Shown: positions 8,475-18,246 of the stretch, piece by piece
Layout: each line of letters starts with the position of its first letter
How positions within the stretch are numbered: the stretch's first letter is position 1
NCBI GenBank assembly: GCA_943787465.1
Contig: CALSMN010000008.1
Span: forward strand, 84 to 64,083
Direction: 5' to 3'
Length of the DNA stretch: 64,000 nucleotides
DNA from: an uncultured Bacteroidia bacterium
Lineage (GTDB): Bacteria > Bacteroidota > Bacteroidia > NS11-12g > UBA9320
The notes under the pieces: model-generated
What the model was told of the DNA's origin: nothing
Seen by the model: the letters and a program-made list of their open reading frames with translations, nothing else
The model's database searches: none
Program-made: the position numbers and the translations under genes

Positions 8475-9719
8475 ATGGATTTATTTGATAAAATTGCAAA
8501 CAAAGTAAGCCCTCTTGGTCAATTTGCAGCAGATGCACATCACTATTATACATTCCCAAAATTAGAAGGTGAATTAGCTCCAAGAATGATATTTAGGGGC
8601 AAAGAAGTGCTTAACTGGAGTTTGAATAACTATCTTGGTTTGGGGAATCATCCAGATGTAAGAAAAGCAGATGCCGAAGCGGCATCTCAGTATGGCTGTG
8701 CCTATCCTATGGGTGCTAGAATGATGTCTGGTAACACCGATTATCATGAAGAATTAGAAAAGCAGTTAGCAGAATTTGAACAAAAGGAGGACGCTATTTT
8801 ATTGAATTTTGGTTATCAAGGTATTTTATCAGCGATTGATGCACTAGTTGATCGAAGAGATGTTATTGTGTATGATGCAGAATCGCACGCATGTATCATT
8901 GACGGAGTAAGACTTCATCAAGGTAAAAGATTCGTTTATGCTCATAATGATATTGAAAATTTAGAGAAACAGCTGGAACGAGCTACTAAAATGGCTAATG
9001 AACAGGGTGGTGCAATTTTAGTCATCACAGAGGGTGTGTTTGGTATGAGCGGAAATCAAGGAAAACTCAAAGAAGTGGTTGCATTAAAATCTAAATTTGA
9101 GTTCAGATTAATGGTTGATGATGCTCATGGTTTTGGTACACTTGGGCCAAATGGGGAAGGAGCAGGAGTGGAGCAGGGTATACAGGCTGATATTGATGTG
9201 TATTTTTCAACTTTTGCAAAATCTATGGCAAGTATCGGTGCATTTATTGCTGGTGACAATGTGATTATCAATTACTTACGATATAGTATGAGATCTCAAA
9301 TATTTGCAAAATCATTACCGATGACATTTGTCAAAGGAGCGATCAAACGTCTGGAAATGTTAAGAACTCAACCCGAACATAAAGCAAACCTATGGAAAAT
9401 TGTAAATGCTCTTCAAGGTGGCTTGAAAGCAGAAGGTTTCAATATAGGTTCTACTACATCATGTGTAACTCCAGTTATCTTGAAAGGCAATGTTGCAGAG
9501 GCTACACACTTGACTCACGATCTACGAGAGAATTATAATATTTTCTGTTCAATTGTAGTTTATCCTGTGGTTCCAAAAGATGTGATTATGCTTCGACTTA
9601 TTCCAACAGCTTCACATACATTGGCAGATGTAGAAGAAACGATTAAAGCTTTTCAGGACATTAAAGGTAAACTTTTGCAAGGTGATTATAAAGCAGAAAC
9701 CCTAGCAGCATTTAATTGA
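8475..9719 (+). CDS. PLP-dependent alpha-oxoamine synthase, most likely cysteate acyltransferase (SulA/CapB type, sulfonolipid synthesis)
   Basis: FPKLEGE, WSLNNYLGL, PMGARMMSG, LNFGYQG, HACIIDG, DDAHGFG, TFAKSM (PLP Lys) and RSQIFAKSLP match my recollection of the SulA/CapB clade better than BioF/Kbl/SPT. -7 element TATCTTTG at 8444-8451. Confidence 0.75.
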   Translation: MDLFDKIANKVSPLGQFAADAHHYYTFPKLEGELAPRMIFRGKEVLNWSLNNYLGLGNHPDVRKADAEAASQYGCAYPMGARMMSGNTDYHEELEKQLAEFEQKEDAILLNFGYQGILSAIDALVDRRDVIVYDAESHACIIDGVRLHQGKRFVYAHNDIENLEKQLERATKMANEQGGAILVITEGVFGMSGNQGKLKEVVALKSKFEFRLMVDDAHGFGTLGPNGEGAGVEQGIQADIDVYFSTFAKSMASIGAFIAGDNVIINYLRYSMRSQIFAKSLPMTFVKGAIKRLEMLRTQPEHKANLWKIVNALQGGLKAEGFNIGSTTSCVTPVILKGNVAEATHLTHDLRENYNIFCSIVVYPVVPKDVIMLRLIPTASHTLADVEETIKAFQDIKGKLLQGDYKAETLAAFN

Positions 9720-10618
9720 TTTTTCGATTTTTAAGTCGACTTAAGCGTTACATAGAAATTTCAAATTACGAAAGATTAGGCTTTTTTGTCTTATTTTTTA
9801 TTGTACTCCTCATTTCAGCATATTATTATTTTAAGCACAGTCACTTGACAGCATTAGACTCGCCAACCGATAGTGAGATGATAGCTTTCATAAACAGAAA
9901 TCAGTCTTTTTTTGAAGAAGAATCAATGACAAATGTGCCAACAAATGTTGATGATAAGACTGAGGCTAATGTTCAATTATTTAATCCAAATACAGATAGC
10001 TATGAATTAATGATTCAAAAAGGTCTTTCAAATCACATAGCAAAAAATATATTAAATTATAGGAAGAAAGGCGGCGTTTTCAGGATAAAGAGTGATTTAA
10101 AAAAAATATATACCATAAATGATTACTACTACAATCAAATAAAGAATTCCATTGATTTACCTCTAAGAAAAAATAAAACTAGACAAAAAAGTGGTTATGT
10201 GATTACGCCAAAATCATTTCATATTGCTATTAATTCCTGTCATTCAAATGATCTTATTCAATTAAAAGGAATAGGTCCAGTTTTGGCTGAAAGAATTCTT
10301 AAATTTCGAGATAAACTCGGTGGTTTTTATAATTTTAATCAATTGTATGAGGTTTATGGATTGCCCAAAGAAACTACCGATAGTATTAAAAGATATATAC
10401 AAATAGATAGTTCATATATTCAACCAACTATAGCCATTAATTCATCTGGAGTAAAAGAATTAGCATCACATCCATACGTTTCATACAAGGAAGCTAAAAT
10501 GATTGTTAATTTTCGTGAACAACATGGTTTTTTTAAAACAAAAGAGGATTTGACTCAGTTGAAAATCATAGATAAAATTTTTATTCAAAGAATAATGCCC
10601 TATATAAACCTAAACTAA
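9716..10618 (+). CDS. ComEA-like helix-hairpin-helix DNA-binding membrane protein
   Basis: N-terminal TM, FNPNT, three HhH repeats (LKGIGPVLAERILKFRDKLGGF). Confidence 0.85.
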   Translation: MIFRFLSRLKRYIEISNYERLGFFVLFFIVLLISAYYYFKHSHLTALDSPTDSEMIAFINRNQSFFEEESMTNVPTNVDDKTEANVQLFNPNTDSYELMIQKGLSNHIAKNILNYRKKGGVFRIKSDLKKIYTINDYYYNQIKNSIDLPLRKNKTRQKSGYVITPKSFHIAINSCHSNDLIQLKGIGPVLAERILKFRDKLGGFYNFNQLYEVYGLPKETTDSIKRYIQIDSSYIQPTIAINSSGVKELASHPYVSYKEAKMIVNFREQHGFFKTKEDLTQLKIIDKIFIQRIMPYINLN

Positions 10619-10669
10619 TTTTCATGAAACGTGTTAGCATAGTATAATTGCAAAAATAAAAATCCAACA

Positions 10670-11809
10670 ATGAATTTTGAACAATCTGAAACCCAAAAAC
10701 TCATCAGACAAGCTGCTAAAGACTTCGCCGAAAAACATATTCGACCTTATGTAATGGAATGGGATGAAGATCAATATTTCCCTAGATCTTTATTTAGATT
10801 AATGGGAGAACAGGGATTTATGGGAATTTTGGTTCCTGAAGAGTATGGAGGATCAGGATTAGGTTATTTTGAGTATTCTGCAGTAGTTGATGAAATAGCA
10901 CAAGTTTGTGGCTCAATAGGATTATCTACGGCAGCCCACAATTCATTATGTACTGGACATATCTCATATTTTGGTAATGATCATCAGAAATCCAAGTATT
11001 TACCCAAATTAAGTACAGGTGAATATCTCGGCGCATGGGGATTGACAGAACCTAACACAGGAAGTGATGCTATGCGAATGAAAACAACTGCTAAAAAAGT
11101 GGATGGTGGTTGGGTAATCAATGGCACAAAAAATTGGATAACACATGGTCTTTCTGGAGATATTGCTGTTGTTTTGGCAAGAACAGGTGAATTACTAGAC
11201 AGTAGAGGAATTTCAGCATTTATAGTTGAAAGGGAAACACCTGGTTTCAAGGGAGGTAAAAAAGAAAATAAATTAGGTATGAGAGCTTCAGAAACGGCAG
11301 AAATGATCTTTGAAGATTGTTTCGTTCCTGATGATGCACTTTTGGGACAAGAGGGACAAGGTTTTATTCAGGCAATGAAAATATTAGACGGTGGTAGGAT
11401 TTCAATTGCTGCATTGTCGCTTGGTATAGCTAAGGGTGCTTATTTTGCATCAGTCAAGTATAGCCAAGAAAGAGAGCAGTTTGGTAAGCCTATCTCTAGT
11501 TTCCAGGCAATTAGCTTTAAGTTGGCCGATATGGCAACTCAAATTGAAGCTTCTCAGTTGCTTATTGATCAATCCTGTTATCTAAAAAATGAGGGATTAC
11601 CTATGACAAAAGAGAGCGCAATGGCTAAGTATTATGCTTCTGAAGTATCTGTTCAGGTCAGTACAGAAGCGATTCAGATATTTGGTGGGTATGGATATAC
11701 AAAAGATTTCCCAGTGGAAAAGTACTACAGAGATTCAAAACTTTGTACCATTGGTGAAGGGACATCAGAGATACAGAAATTGGTAATTTCAAGACAAATT
11801 TTAAAATAA
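10670..11809 (+). CDS. Acyl-CoA dehydrogenase (short/branched-chain type)
   Basis: [54 protein letters not shown]. Confidence 0.93.
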   Translation: MNFEQSETQKLIRQAAKDFAEKHIRPYVMEWDEDQYFPRSLFRLMGEQGFMGILVPEEYGGSGLGYFEYSAVVDEIAQVCGSIGLSTAAHNSLCTGHISYFGNDHQKSKYLPKLSTGEYLGAWGLTEPNTGSDAMRMKTTAKKVDGGWVINGTKNWITHGLSGDIAVVLARTGELLDSRGISAFIVERETPGFKGGKKENKLGMRASETAEMIFEDCFVPDDALLGQEGQGFIQAMKILDGGRISIAALSLGIAKGAYFASVKYSQEREQFGKPISSFQAISFKLADMATQIEASQLLIDQSCYLKNEGLPMTKESAMAKYYASEVSVQVSTEAIQIFGGYGYTKDFPVEKYYRDSKLCTIGEGTSEIQKLVISRQILK

Positions 11810-11839
11810 TTTGAAAAATTAAAATAAAAACTAAATTTG
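11810..11839 (+). promoter_or_regulatory. Bacteroidota housekeeping promoter for rpsU
   Basis: TTTG (11810-11813), 18-nt spacer, TAAATTTG (11832-11839). Confidence 0.7.
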
Positions 11840-11855
11840 CACTCCTTTATATAAA

Positions 11856-12044
11856 ATGTTATTAATAAATCTAAAAGAAAACGATACAATCGACAAAGCT
11901 CTCAAGAAGTATAAAAAAAAGTTTGAGAAAACTGGTGTTGTAAAAGAGTTGCGAGACAGACAGCAGTTCACCAAACCTTCTGTTAAAAGAAGAAAACAGC
12001 TGATTAAGGCAAGATACAAGCAATTTCTTAATAACCCCAAGTAA
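11856..12044 (+). CDS. rpsU: 30S ribosomal protein bS21
   Basis: IDKALKKYKKKFEKTGVVKELRDRQQFTKPSVKRR; rpsU-xerC-hpf order. Confidence 0.95.
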   Translation: MLLINLKENDTIDKALKKYKKKFEKTGVVKELRDRQQFTKPSVKRRKQLIKARYKQFLNNPK

Positions 12045-12091
12045 TATTTAGTTAAGAAAACTCATCTTATTTTTGTATATTGTGCACAATA

Positions 12092-12985
12092 ATGACCGGT
12101 GTACATCACAAGCTTATTTCTAAATATGCCGATTATTTATCTAATAATCGAATGTATTCGAAGCATACTGTACTATCATACACACGAGATTTAAATCAAT
12201 ATCATCAGTTTGTTCAGCAGTTTAGTGGTCATAATTTCCTTCCTAATTCAAAATCATTAAGACTTTGGGTAAGATTACTTGCAAAAGAAAAAAAATCCGA
12301 AAAAACAATACATCGTAAAGTTAGCTCAGTAAAATCATTTGCAAAATTTTTATTCATTACTGGTGAAATAAAAGAATCAATTTCCATCGAGTTGCAACTG
12401 CCCAAATTGAAAAAGCAGATACCTACCTATGTAAAGGAAAAAGACATGGAACATCTGTTAGAATCGTTCCAATGGGATAGTTCAGATTATAAATCTTGTT
12501 TAGCATACACCATCTTTTCTTGTTTTTATCATACAGGAATGAGACGATCCGAGTTAATATCATTAAGTTCAAGGCAATTTAATGCCTACAATCAAGAAAT
12601 CAAAGTAATAGGTAAGGGTAGTAAAGAGCGAATAATACCACTGAGTAATGAAATCATATCTCAGCTCAATGCATTCACTGAAGTTAAAACTAAACAAGGC
12701 ATTCAATCTGAATTTATTTTTTGTGACAAAAAAGGCAATAAGTTATCGGACAAGCAAGTATATATTATTGTGAAAAGATTTTTGGATAAGACATTTTCCA
12801 ATAAAAAAAGTCCTCATGTACTCCGCCATAGTTTTGCAACCCATTTGCTTCAAAATGGAGCAGATATTAATGCAATTAAAGAGCTCTTGGGGCACAGTAG
12901 TCTATCTGCTACTCAGATATATGCACACAATGATATTTCACAATTGAAGAAAATTTATAAAAAAACACATCCATTTTCAGAATAA
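12092..12985 (+). CDS. xerC: Chromosomal tyrosine recombinase XerC
   Basis: [53 protein letters not shown]; conserved core position. Start set at first ATG. Confidence 0.85.
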   Translation: MTGVHHKLISKYADYLSNNRMYSKHTVLSYTRDLNQYHQFVQQFSGHNFLPNSKSLRLWVRLLAKEKKSEKTIHRKVSSVKSFAKFLFITGEIKESISIELQLPKLKKQIPTYVKEKDMEHLLESFQWDSSDYKSCLAYTIFSCFYHTGMRRSELISLSSRQFNAYNQEIKVIGKGSKERIIPLSNEIISQLNAFTEVKTKQGIQSEFIFCDKKGNKLSDKQVYIIVKRFLDKTFSNKKSPHVLRHSFATHLLQNGADINAIKELLGHSSLSATQIYAHNDISQLKKIYKKTHPFSE

Positions 12986-13007
12986 GAATAACTAAAAATA
13001 AAAAATT

Positions 13008-13307
13008 ATGAACACACAAATTCAAGCCATTCACTTTAAAGCAGATAAAAAACTAATTGATTTTATTGAAAATAAAATAACTAAGCTGGAGACATTTCAC
13101 GATGGAATCATAGATGCTCAAGTTTTTTTAAAATTGGAAAATACGCAAATCAAAGAAAATAAAACTATTGAAATCAAAATTAATATTAAACAAACCAGTT
13201 TTATACAGACAGAAACATCTTTAACCTTTGAGGCTGCAACGGACTTAGCCATTGAATCCTTAAAAAAGCAGATAAAGCGATACAAAGGTAAAATAGAAGA
13301 TCGTTAG
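13008..13307 (+). CDS. hpf: Ribosome hibernation promoting factor (HPF/RaiA)
   Basis: IQAIHFKADKKLIDFI...TFEAATD..IESLKKQIKRYK. Confidence 0.9.
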   Translation: MNTQIQAIHFKADKKLIDFIENKITKLETFHDGIIDAQVFLKLENTQIKENKTIEIKINIKQTSFIQTETSLTFEAATDLAIESLKKQIKRYKGKIEDR

Positions 13308-13365
13308 TTCGCCAGATAAGGTTATGTACACTTTAAGATATTTACATTTTTTTTTACATTTTGAG

Positions 13366-13396
13366 TTTGTTCAATTAAACTAAATACATACCTTTG
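13366..13396 (+). promoter_or_regulatory. Promoter of the tRNA-tuf operon
   Basis: TTTG (13366-13369), 19-nt spacer, TACCTTTG (13389-13396). Confidence 0.75.
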
Positions 13397-13468
13397 CCGT
13401 CCTTAAAATAGCGAGGGTAGAGAAATACATTTAGTTCTTTGAGTTAAATCCTTGATTTTAAGCATATT

Positions 13469-13541
13469 GCCGCCTTAGCTCAGTTGGTAGAGCAGCTGAT
13501 TTGTAATCAGCCGGTCGTTGGTTCGAGTCCAATAGGCGGCT
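13469..13541 (+). tRNA. tRNA-Thr(TGT)
   Basis: GCCGCCT...GCTGA-TTTGTAA-TCAGC...GTTCGAGT...AGGCGGCT. Confidence 0.97.
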
Positions 13542-13548
13542 CTTTTCT

Positions 13549-13629
13549 GGGGAGATACCAGAGCGGTCAAATGGGGCAGACTGTAAATCTGCTGCTTCGG
13601 CTACGTAGGTTCGAATCCTACTCTCCCCA
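13549..13629 (+). tRNA. tRNA-Tyr(GTA)
   Basis: GGGGAGA...GCAGA-CTGTAAA-TCTGC, variable arm, GTTCGAAT...TCTCCCCA. Confidence 0.97.
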
Positions 13630-13662
13630 CATTTTTAAAGGGAAAAGAAAACAATATGAAAT

Positions 13663-13735
13663 GCGGGAGTAGCTCAGTTGGTAGAGCGACAGCCTTCCAA
13701 GCTGTAGGTCGCGGGTTCGAGCCTCGTCTCCCGCT
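13663..13735 (+). tRNA. tRNA-Gly(TCC)
   Basis: GCGGGAG...ACAGC-CTTCCAA-GCTGT...GTTCGAG...CTCCCGCT. Confidence 0.97.
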
Positions 13736-13854
13736 CTGTACTTTTAAGTGTAAACTTAAAAGTAATGTAAAGTATACTTTACGAAATTGGGTCAGTGAAG
13801 AGAATTATGCAGATCTCATTACGCTGTTCCTTTGATATACTGTTTGTGTAACAA

Positions 13855-13926
13855 GCCGACGTAGCTCAGGGGTAGAGCGTTTCCTTGGTAAGGAAGAGGT
13901 CGTGGGTTCAATTCCCATCGTTGGCT
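13855..13926 (+). tRNA. tRNA-Thr(GGT)
   Basis: GCCGACG...TTCCT-TGGTA-AGGAA...GTTCAAT...CGTTGGCT. Confidence 0.96.
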
Positions 13927-13967
13927 CACATATAAATAATAAGAAGAAAGAATAATTAAAATTTATC

Positions 13968-15155
13968 ATGTCAAAAGCAACATTTGATCGTTCGAAAGAA
14001 CACGTAAACATTGGAACTATCGGACACGTAGATCACGGTAAAACAACCTTGACTGCTGCGATCAGTTCTGTACTCTCTAGTCAAGGACTAGCTGAAAAAA
14101 CAGATTTCGGTACTATCGATTCTGCTCCCGAAGAGAAAGAAAGAGGTATCACTATTAACACGGCTCACATTGAGTACCAAACCAATTCCAGACATTATGC
14201 TCACGTAGATTGTCCTGGTCACGCTGATTATGTTAAGAACATGGTTACGGGTGCTGCTCAAATGGATGGTGCAATACTTGTTGTTGCAGCAACTGATGGA
14301 CCTATGCCACAAACAAAAGAACATATCCTTCTTGCAAGACAAGTGGGTGTGCCTAGATTAGTTGTGTTTATGAACAAAGTTGACATGGTAGATGACGAAG
14401 AATTATTAGAGCTAGTTGAAATTGAAATCAGAGAACTTTTAGGTTTTTATGAGTTTGATGAAGATAATACTCCTATCATCCAAGGTTCTGCTCTTGGAGC
14501 ACTTAACGGAGATGATAAATGGGTGTCAACTGTGCAAGAATTAATGAATGCTGTAGATGAATGGATTCCTGTTCCTCCTCGTTTGACAGATCAGCCTTTC
14601 CTTATGCCAGTTGAGGATGTATTTTCTATTACAGGTAGAGGTACAGTTGCTACGGGTAGAATAGAAAGAGGTGTCATAAATGTATCCGATCCAGTAGAAA
14701 TTATTGGTATGGGTGCTGAGAATTTAAAATCTGTTTGTACTGGTGTGGAGATGTTTAGAAAATTACTAGACAGAGGTCAAGCTGGAGACAACGCTGGTAT
14801 TTTGTTAAGAGGTATTGAGAAAACGGATATTCGAAGAGGAATGGTAATCATTGCTCCTGGATCAGTGAAGCCTCATACTAAATTCAAAGCTGAGATTTAT
14901 GTACTTTCAAAAGAAGAAGGTGGACGTCACACTCCATTCTTTAATAAGTATCGTCCGCAGTTCTATTTCAGAACAACTGACGTAACTGGAGAAATCATGT
15001 TGCCAGACGGTACTGAAATGGTAATGCCAGGTGATAACGTAAGTATTACGGTAGAACTTATCAATGCAGTAGCAATGGAGAAAGGATTAAAATTCGCTAT
15101 CCGTGAGGGTGGTAGAACAGTAGGTGCTGGTCAGGTAACTGAAATTATCGAATAA
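13968..15155 (+). CDS. tuf: Elongation factor Tu
   Basis: [35 protein letters not shown]. Confidence 0.99.
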   Translation: MSKATFDRSKEHVNIGTIGHVDHGKTTLTAAISSVLSSQGLAEKTDFGTIDSAPEEKERGITINTAHIEYQTNSRHYAHVDCPGHADYVKNMVTGAAQMDGAILVVAATDGPMPQTKEHILLARQVGVPRLVVFMNKVDMVDDEELLELVEIEIRELLGFYEFDEDNTPIIQGSALGALNGDDKWVSTVQELMNAVDEWIPVPPRLTDQPFLMPVEDVFSITGRGTVATGRIERGVINVSDPVEIIGMGAENLKSVCTGVEMFRKLLDRGQAGDNAGILLRGIEKTDIRRGMVIIAPGSVKPHTKFKAEIYVLSKEEGGRHTPFFNKYRPQFYFRTTDVTGEIMLPDGTEMVMPGDNVSITVELINAVAMEKGLKFAIREGGRTVGAGQVTEIIE

Positions 15156-15179
15156 TCCTATTAAATAAATAAGGCACAA

Positions 15180-15253
15180 ACGGGTGTAGCTCAGCTGGCC
15201 AGAGCACTGGTCTCCAAAACCAGGTGTCGGGAGTTCGAATCTCTCCACCCGTG
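15180..15253 (+). tRNA. tRNA-Trp(CCA)
   Basis: ACGGGTG...CTGGT-CTCCAAA-ACCAG...GTTCGAAT...CACCCGTG, between tuf and secE. Confidence 0.96.
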
Positions 15254-15270
15254 CAAAAAAGAAAATATAA

Positions 15271-15465
15271 ATGAGTAAGATAGTAGAAATTTGGAAAAAT
15301 ACCACAGACGAGTTAGTTAACAAGGTGACTTGGCCTTCTTGGGACGAACTTAGAAGCAGTACAACTATTGTTCTAATCGCATCTATTTTATTCGCCTTAG
15401 TAATTTTATTAATAGATAAATTATTCGGTGGTGTTATGGATATCTTATATAGTTTATTACAATAA
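15271..15465 (+). CDS. secE: Preprotein translocase subunit SecE
   Basis: ELVNKVTWPSWDEL plus a single TM; operon position. Confidence 0.95.
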   Translation: MSKIVEIWKNTTDELVNKVTWPSWDELRSSTTIVLIASILFALVILLIDKLFGGVMDILYSLLQ

Positions 15466-15467
15466 GC

Positions 15468-16025
15468 ATGATGACCACAGATAAAGCCCAAGAAGAATTT
15501 AAATGGTACGTGGTTCGTGCCATTAGTGGGTCTGAAAAGAAGGTAAAGGCTATTATAGAGTCTGAACTTGCCTATGCTAAACTTACTAAGTTTGTGCCCG
15601 AAATTTTAATACCTACTCAAAAGGTATATGAAATTAAAAATGGAAAAAAAACATCAAAAGAAAAGAGTTATTTTCCTGGATACATTCTAATTCACGCCAA
15701 TCTTGTTGGTGAAGTTATACCAACTATCCGTGCTGTTAATGGTGTTGTTGGTTTCTTAGGTCAAGATGGTGAACCTGTTCCTATGCGTCAATCTGAAGTA
15801 AATCGAATTTTTGGTCAGGTTGATGATAGTAATCAAGAAGGGGAGAGCGCTATTAATCCATATATCGTCGGTGAATTTGTCAAAGTAACTGATGGACCAT
15901 TTAGTGGTTTTAGTGGTGTGATTGAAGAGGTGAATGAAGAGAAGAAAAAATTAAAAGTAATGGTGAAGATTTTCGGTAGAAAAACACCATTAGAATTAAA
16001 TTATATACAAGTAGAAAAAGAATAA
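15468..16025 (+). CDS. nusG: Transcription termination/antitermination factor NusG
   Basis: [23 protein letters not shown] motif [19 protein letters not shown]. Confidence 0.97.
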   Translation: MMTTDKAQEEFKWYVVRAISGSEKKVKAIIESELAYAKLTKFVPEILIPTQKVYEIKNGKKTSKEKSYFPGYILIHANLVGEVIPTIRAVNGVVGFLGQDGEPVPMRQSEVNRIFGQVDDSNQEGESAINPYIVGEFVKVTDGPFSGFSGVIEEVNEEKKKLKVMVKIFGRKTPLELNYIQVEKE

Positions 16026-16030
16026 GCTTC

Positions 16031-16474
16031 ATGGCAAAGCAAATAAAAGGTTTCGTAAAATTACAAGTTCGAGGTGGTGCAGCTAATCCTGCTCCTCCTG
16101 TTGGTCCTGCACTAGGTGCTAAAGGAGTTAATATCATGGATTTCTGTAAGCAATTCAATGGTAGAACACAAGATAAAGCTGGTAAAGTTCTTCCAGTGGT
16201 CATCACTGTTTATCAAGACAACTCATTTGATTTCATTATCAAAACACCACCAGCTGCAGCACAGTTATTAGAAGCAGCCAAGAAAAAAAGTGGTTCTTCA
16301 GAACCGAATCGTGTAAAAGTAGCTAAAGTTACTTGGGATCAAATCAAAACTATAGCAGAAGACAAAATGGCGGACTTAAATGCTATGACTACTGCTTCAG
16401 CAATGAAAATGGTAGCTGGCACTGCAAGAAGTATGGGTATTACTGTTACCGGACAGTTTCCGGAAGATAATTAA
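16031..16474 (+). CDS. rplK: 50S ribosomal protein uL11
   Basis: [25 protein letters not shown]. Confidence 0.99.
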   Translation: MAKQIKGFVKLQVRGGAANPAPPVGPALGAKGVNIMDFCKQFNGRTQDKAGKVLPVVITVYQDNSFDFIIKTPPAAAQLLEAAKKKSGSSEPNRVKVAKVTWDQIKTIAEDKMADLNAMTTASAMKMVAGTARSMGITVTGQFPEDN

Positions 16475-16492
16475 TATTATCGATTTTAAATA

Positions 16493-17188
16493 ATGGGAAA
16501 ATTAACAAAAAAAAGAAAGGAAGCTTTATCATTATATGATAGAGACGCTGTCTACAGTCTCAACGAGGCGTGTACGATAGTTAAGAAAATTACAACAACT
16601 AAATTTGATTCCTCGGTTGACCTAGACGTAAAATTAGGTGTAGATCCTCGTCAAGCTAATCAAATGGTTAGAGGTACTGCCTCATTACCTCACGGAATTG
16701 GTAAAGAAGTTCGTGTCTTAGCTTTGGTTACTCCAGATAAGGAGCAAGAAGCTAAAGACGCAGGTGCCGATTTTGTTGGGTTGGACGAGTATGTTTCTAA
16801 AATTGAAGGTGGTTGGTTAGACATTGATGTCATTATTACTATGCCAGCAGTTATGGGAAAAATAGGTAGATTAGGTCGAGTTTTAGGACCAAGAAACCTA
16901 ATGCCTAATCCCAAAAGTGGAACTGTAACAATGGATATTGGTAAAGCAGTAACTGAGATAAAAGCAGGTAAAATTGATTTTAAAGTAGATAAGACCGGAA
17001 TTATTCATACTTCAGTTGGAAAAGTTTCTTTTGATGCAGATAAGATATACGATAATGCTAAAGAATTGATTGATACCTTGAATCGACTAAAACCAAGTTC
17101 TTCAAAAGGGACCTATTTTCAGAGTATTACGGTATCAAGTACGATGAGTCCTGGTATTAAAGTTGATACAAAAACATTAACTGTATAA
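16493..17188 (+). CDS. rplA: 50S ribosomal protein uL1
   Basis: [36 protein letters not shown]. Confidence 0.99.
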   Translation: MGKLTKKRKEALSLYDRDAVYSLNEACTIVKKITTTKFDSSVDLDVKLGVDPRQANQMVRGTASLPHGIGKEVRVLALVTPDKEQEAKDAGADFVGLDEYVSKIEGGWLDIDVIITMPAVMGKIGRLGRVLGPRNLMPNPKSGTVTMDIGKAVTEIKAGKIDFKVDKTGIIHTSVGKVSFDADKIYDNAKELIDTLNRLKPSSSKGTYFQSITVSSTMSPGIKVDTKTLTV

Positions 17189-17208
17189 CCCTTTAGAAAA
17201 ATACAGCA

Positions 17209-17730
17209 ATGAACAAAAACGAAAAAAATAGTATAATAGATGAATTAGTAGATAATTTAAAGGAATACCAGTATGTATACGTTACTGATAGTTCTAATTT
17301 ATCCGCTAATTCCAATAACGACTTACGAAAGTTGTTACATAAAAATGGTGTCAAAATGCAGGTTATCAAAAACACCTTTGTCCACAAAGCTTTAGAACGG
17401 AGTGAGACAGAGTGGGGAGACCTTAAAGACACATTAATAGGTACAACTGCACTCTTATTTGCTTCCAATCCTAAAGCACCTGCTATCGCTATAAAAGAGT
17501 TTCGTAAAAAAAGCGATAGACCGTTACTTAAAGGGGCTTACATTGATTCTGACATCTTCATAGGTGATGACCAACTAGGTACACTAGTTGATTTGAAAAC
17601 CAGAGAAGAACTTGTCGGAGACATTATCGGTCTGCTACGTTCACCAGCAAACAACGTTATCTCTTCACTAAAATCTGGAGGGAATACGATTGCGGGTCTT
17701 ATCAAAGCACTAGCCGAACGAGAAAATTAA
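17209..17730 (+). CDS. rplJ: 50S ribosomal protein uL10
   Basis: VIKNT motif, TREELVGDIIGLLRSP; operon position. Confidence 0.96.
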   Translation: MNKNEKNSIIDELVDNLKEYQYVYVTDSSNLSANSNNDLRKLLHKNGVKMQVIKNTFVHKALERSETEWGDLKDTLIGTTALLFASNPKAPAIAIKEFRKKSDRPLLKGAYIDSDIFIGDDQLGTLVDLKTREELVGDIIGLLRSPANNVISSLKSGGNTIAGLIKALAEREN

Positions 17731-17767
17731 TTAATTTAAAAAACAACAATTTAAAACAACAAAAACA

Positions 17768-18148
17768 ATGGCTGACATTAAAAAATTAGCAGAAGAATTG
17801 GTAAATTTATCAGTAAAAGATGTTAACGAATTAGCTACTGTGCTTAAAGATGAGTACGGTATTGAGCCCGCAGCAGCGGCAGTAGCAGTTGCAGCAGGAC
17901 CCGCAGCAGGCGGTGACGCTGGAGGAGGTGATGAACAAACTGAATTCACAGTAATCCTAAAATCTGCAGGAGCTTCAAAGTTAAACGTAGTTAAAGCTGT
18001 AAAAACTTTAACAGGTCTTGGACTTAAAGAAGCAAAAGAATTAGTAGACTCAGCTCCAAAGGAAATCAAAGAGAATGTTTCTAAAGATGAAGCAGATGCT
18101 TTAAAAGCAGCCTTAGAAGAAGCAGGAGCTGAAGTTGAGCTTAAATAA
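17768..18148 (+). CDS. rplL: 50S ribosomal protein bL12
   Basis: Ala/Gly hinge, [21 protein letters not shown]. Confidence 0.99.
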   Translation: MADIKKLAEELVNLSVKDVNELATVLKDEYGIEPAAAAVAVAAGPAAGGDAGGGDEQTEFTVILKSAGASKLNVVKAVKTLTGLGLKEAKELVDSAPKEIKENVSKDEADALKAALEEAGAEVELK

Positions 18149-18162
18149 TTATTAAATAATTC

Positions 18163-18205
18163 GCGTTCGAAAGACCCCTGAAATCAGTGGGTCTTTCGGC
18201 GTTTT
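18163..18205 (+). terminator. Hairpin between rplL and rpoB (terminator/attenuator)
   Basis: CGAAAGACCC-CTGAAATCAGT-GGGTCTTTCG followed by GCGTTTT. Confidence 0.7.
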
Positions 18206-18246
18206 ATTAATTTTCTATTCCATTAACACCAAAAAATAACAACACC

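Noticed and set aside
12092-12985. Second tyrosine recombinase as a sign of another mobile element near the tRNA cluster
   Set aside because: XerC-type size and motifs in the conserved rpsU-xerC-hpf-tRNA-tuf context; no cargo or att repeats.
13484-14011. Short ORFs 13484-13672 (+) and 13805-14011 (-); likewise 15087-15491 (-)
   Set aside because: They overlap tRNA genes, tuf or secE and are translation artefacts.
17189-17208. Possible L10 leader upstream of rplJ
   Set aside because: The spacer is only 20 nt; no room for the structure.
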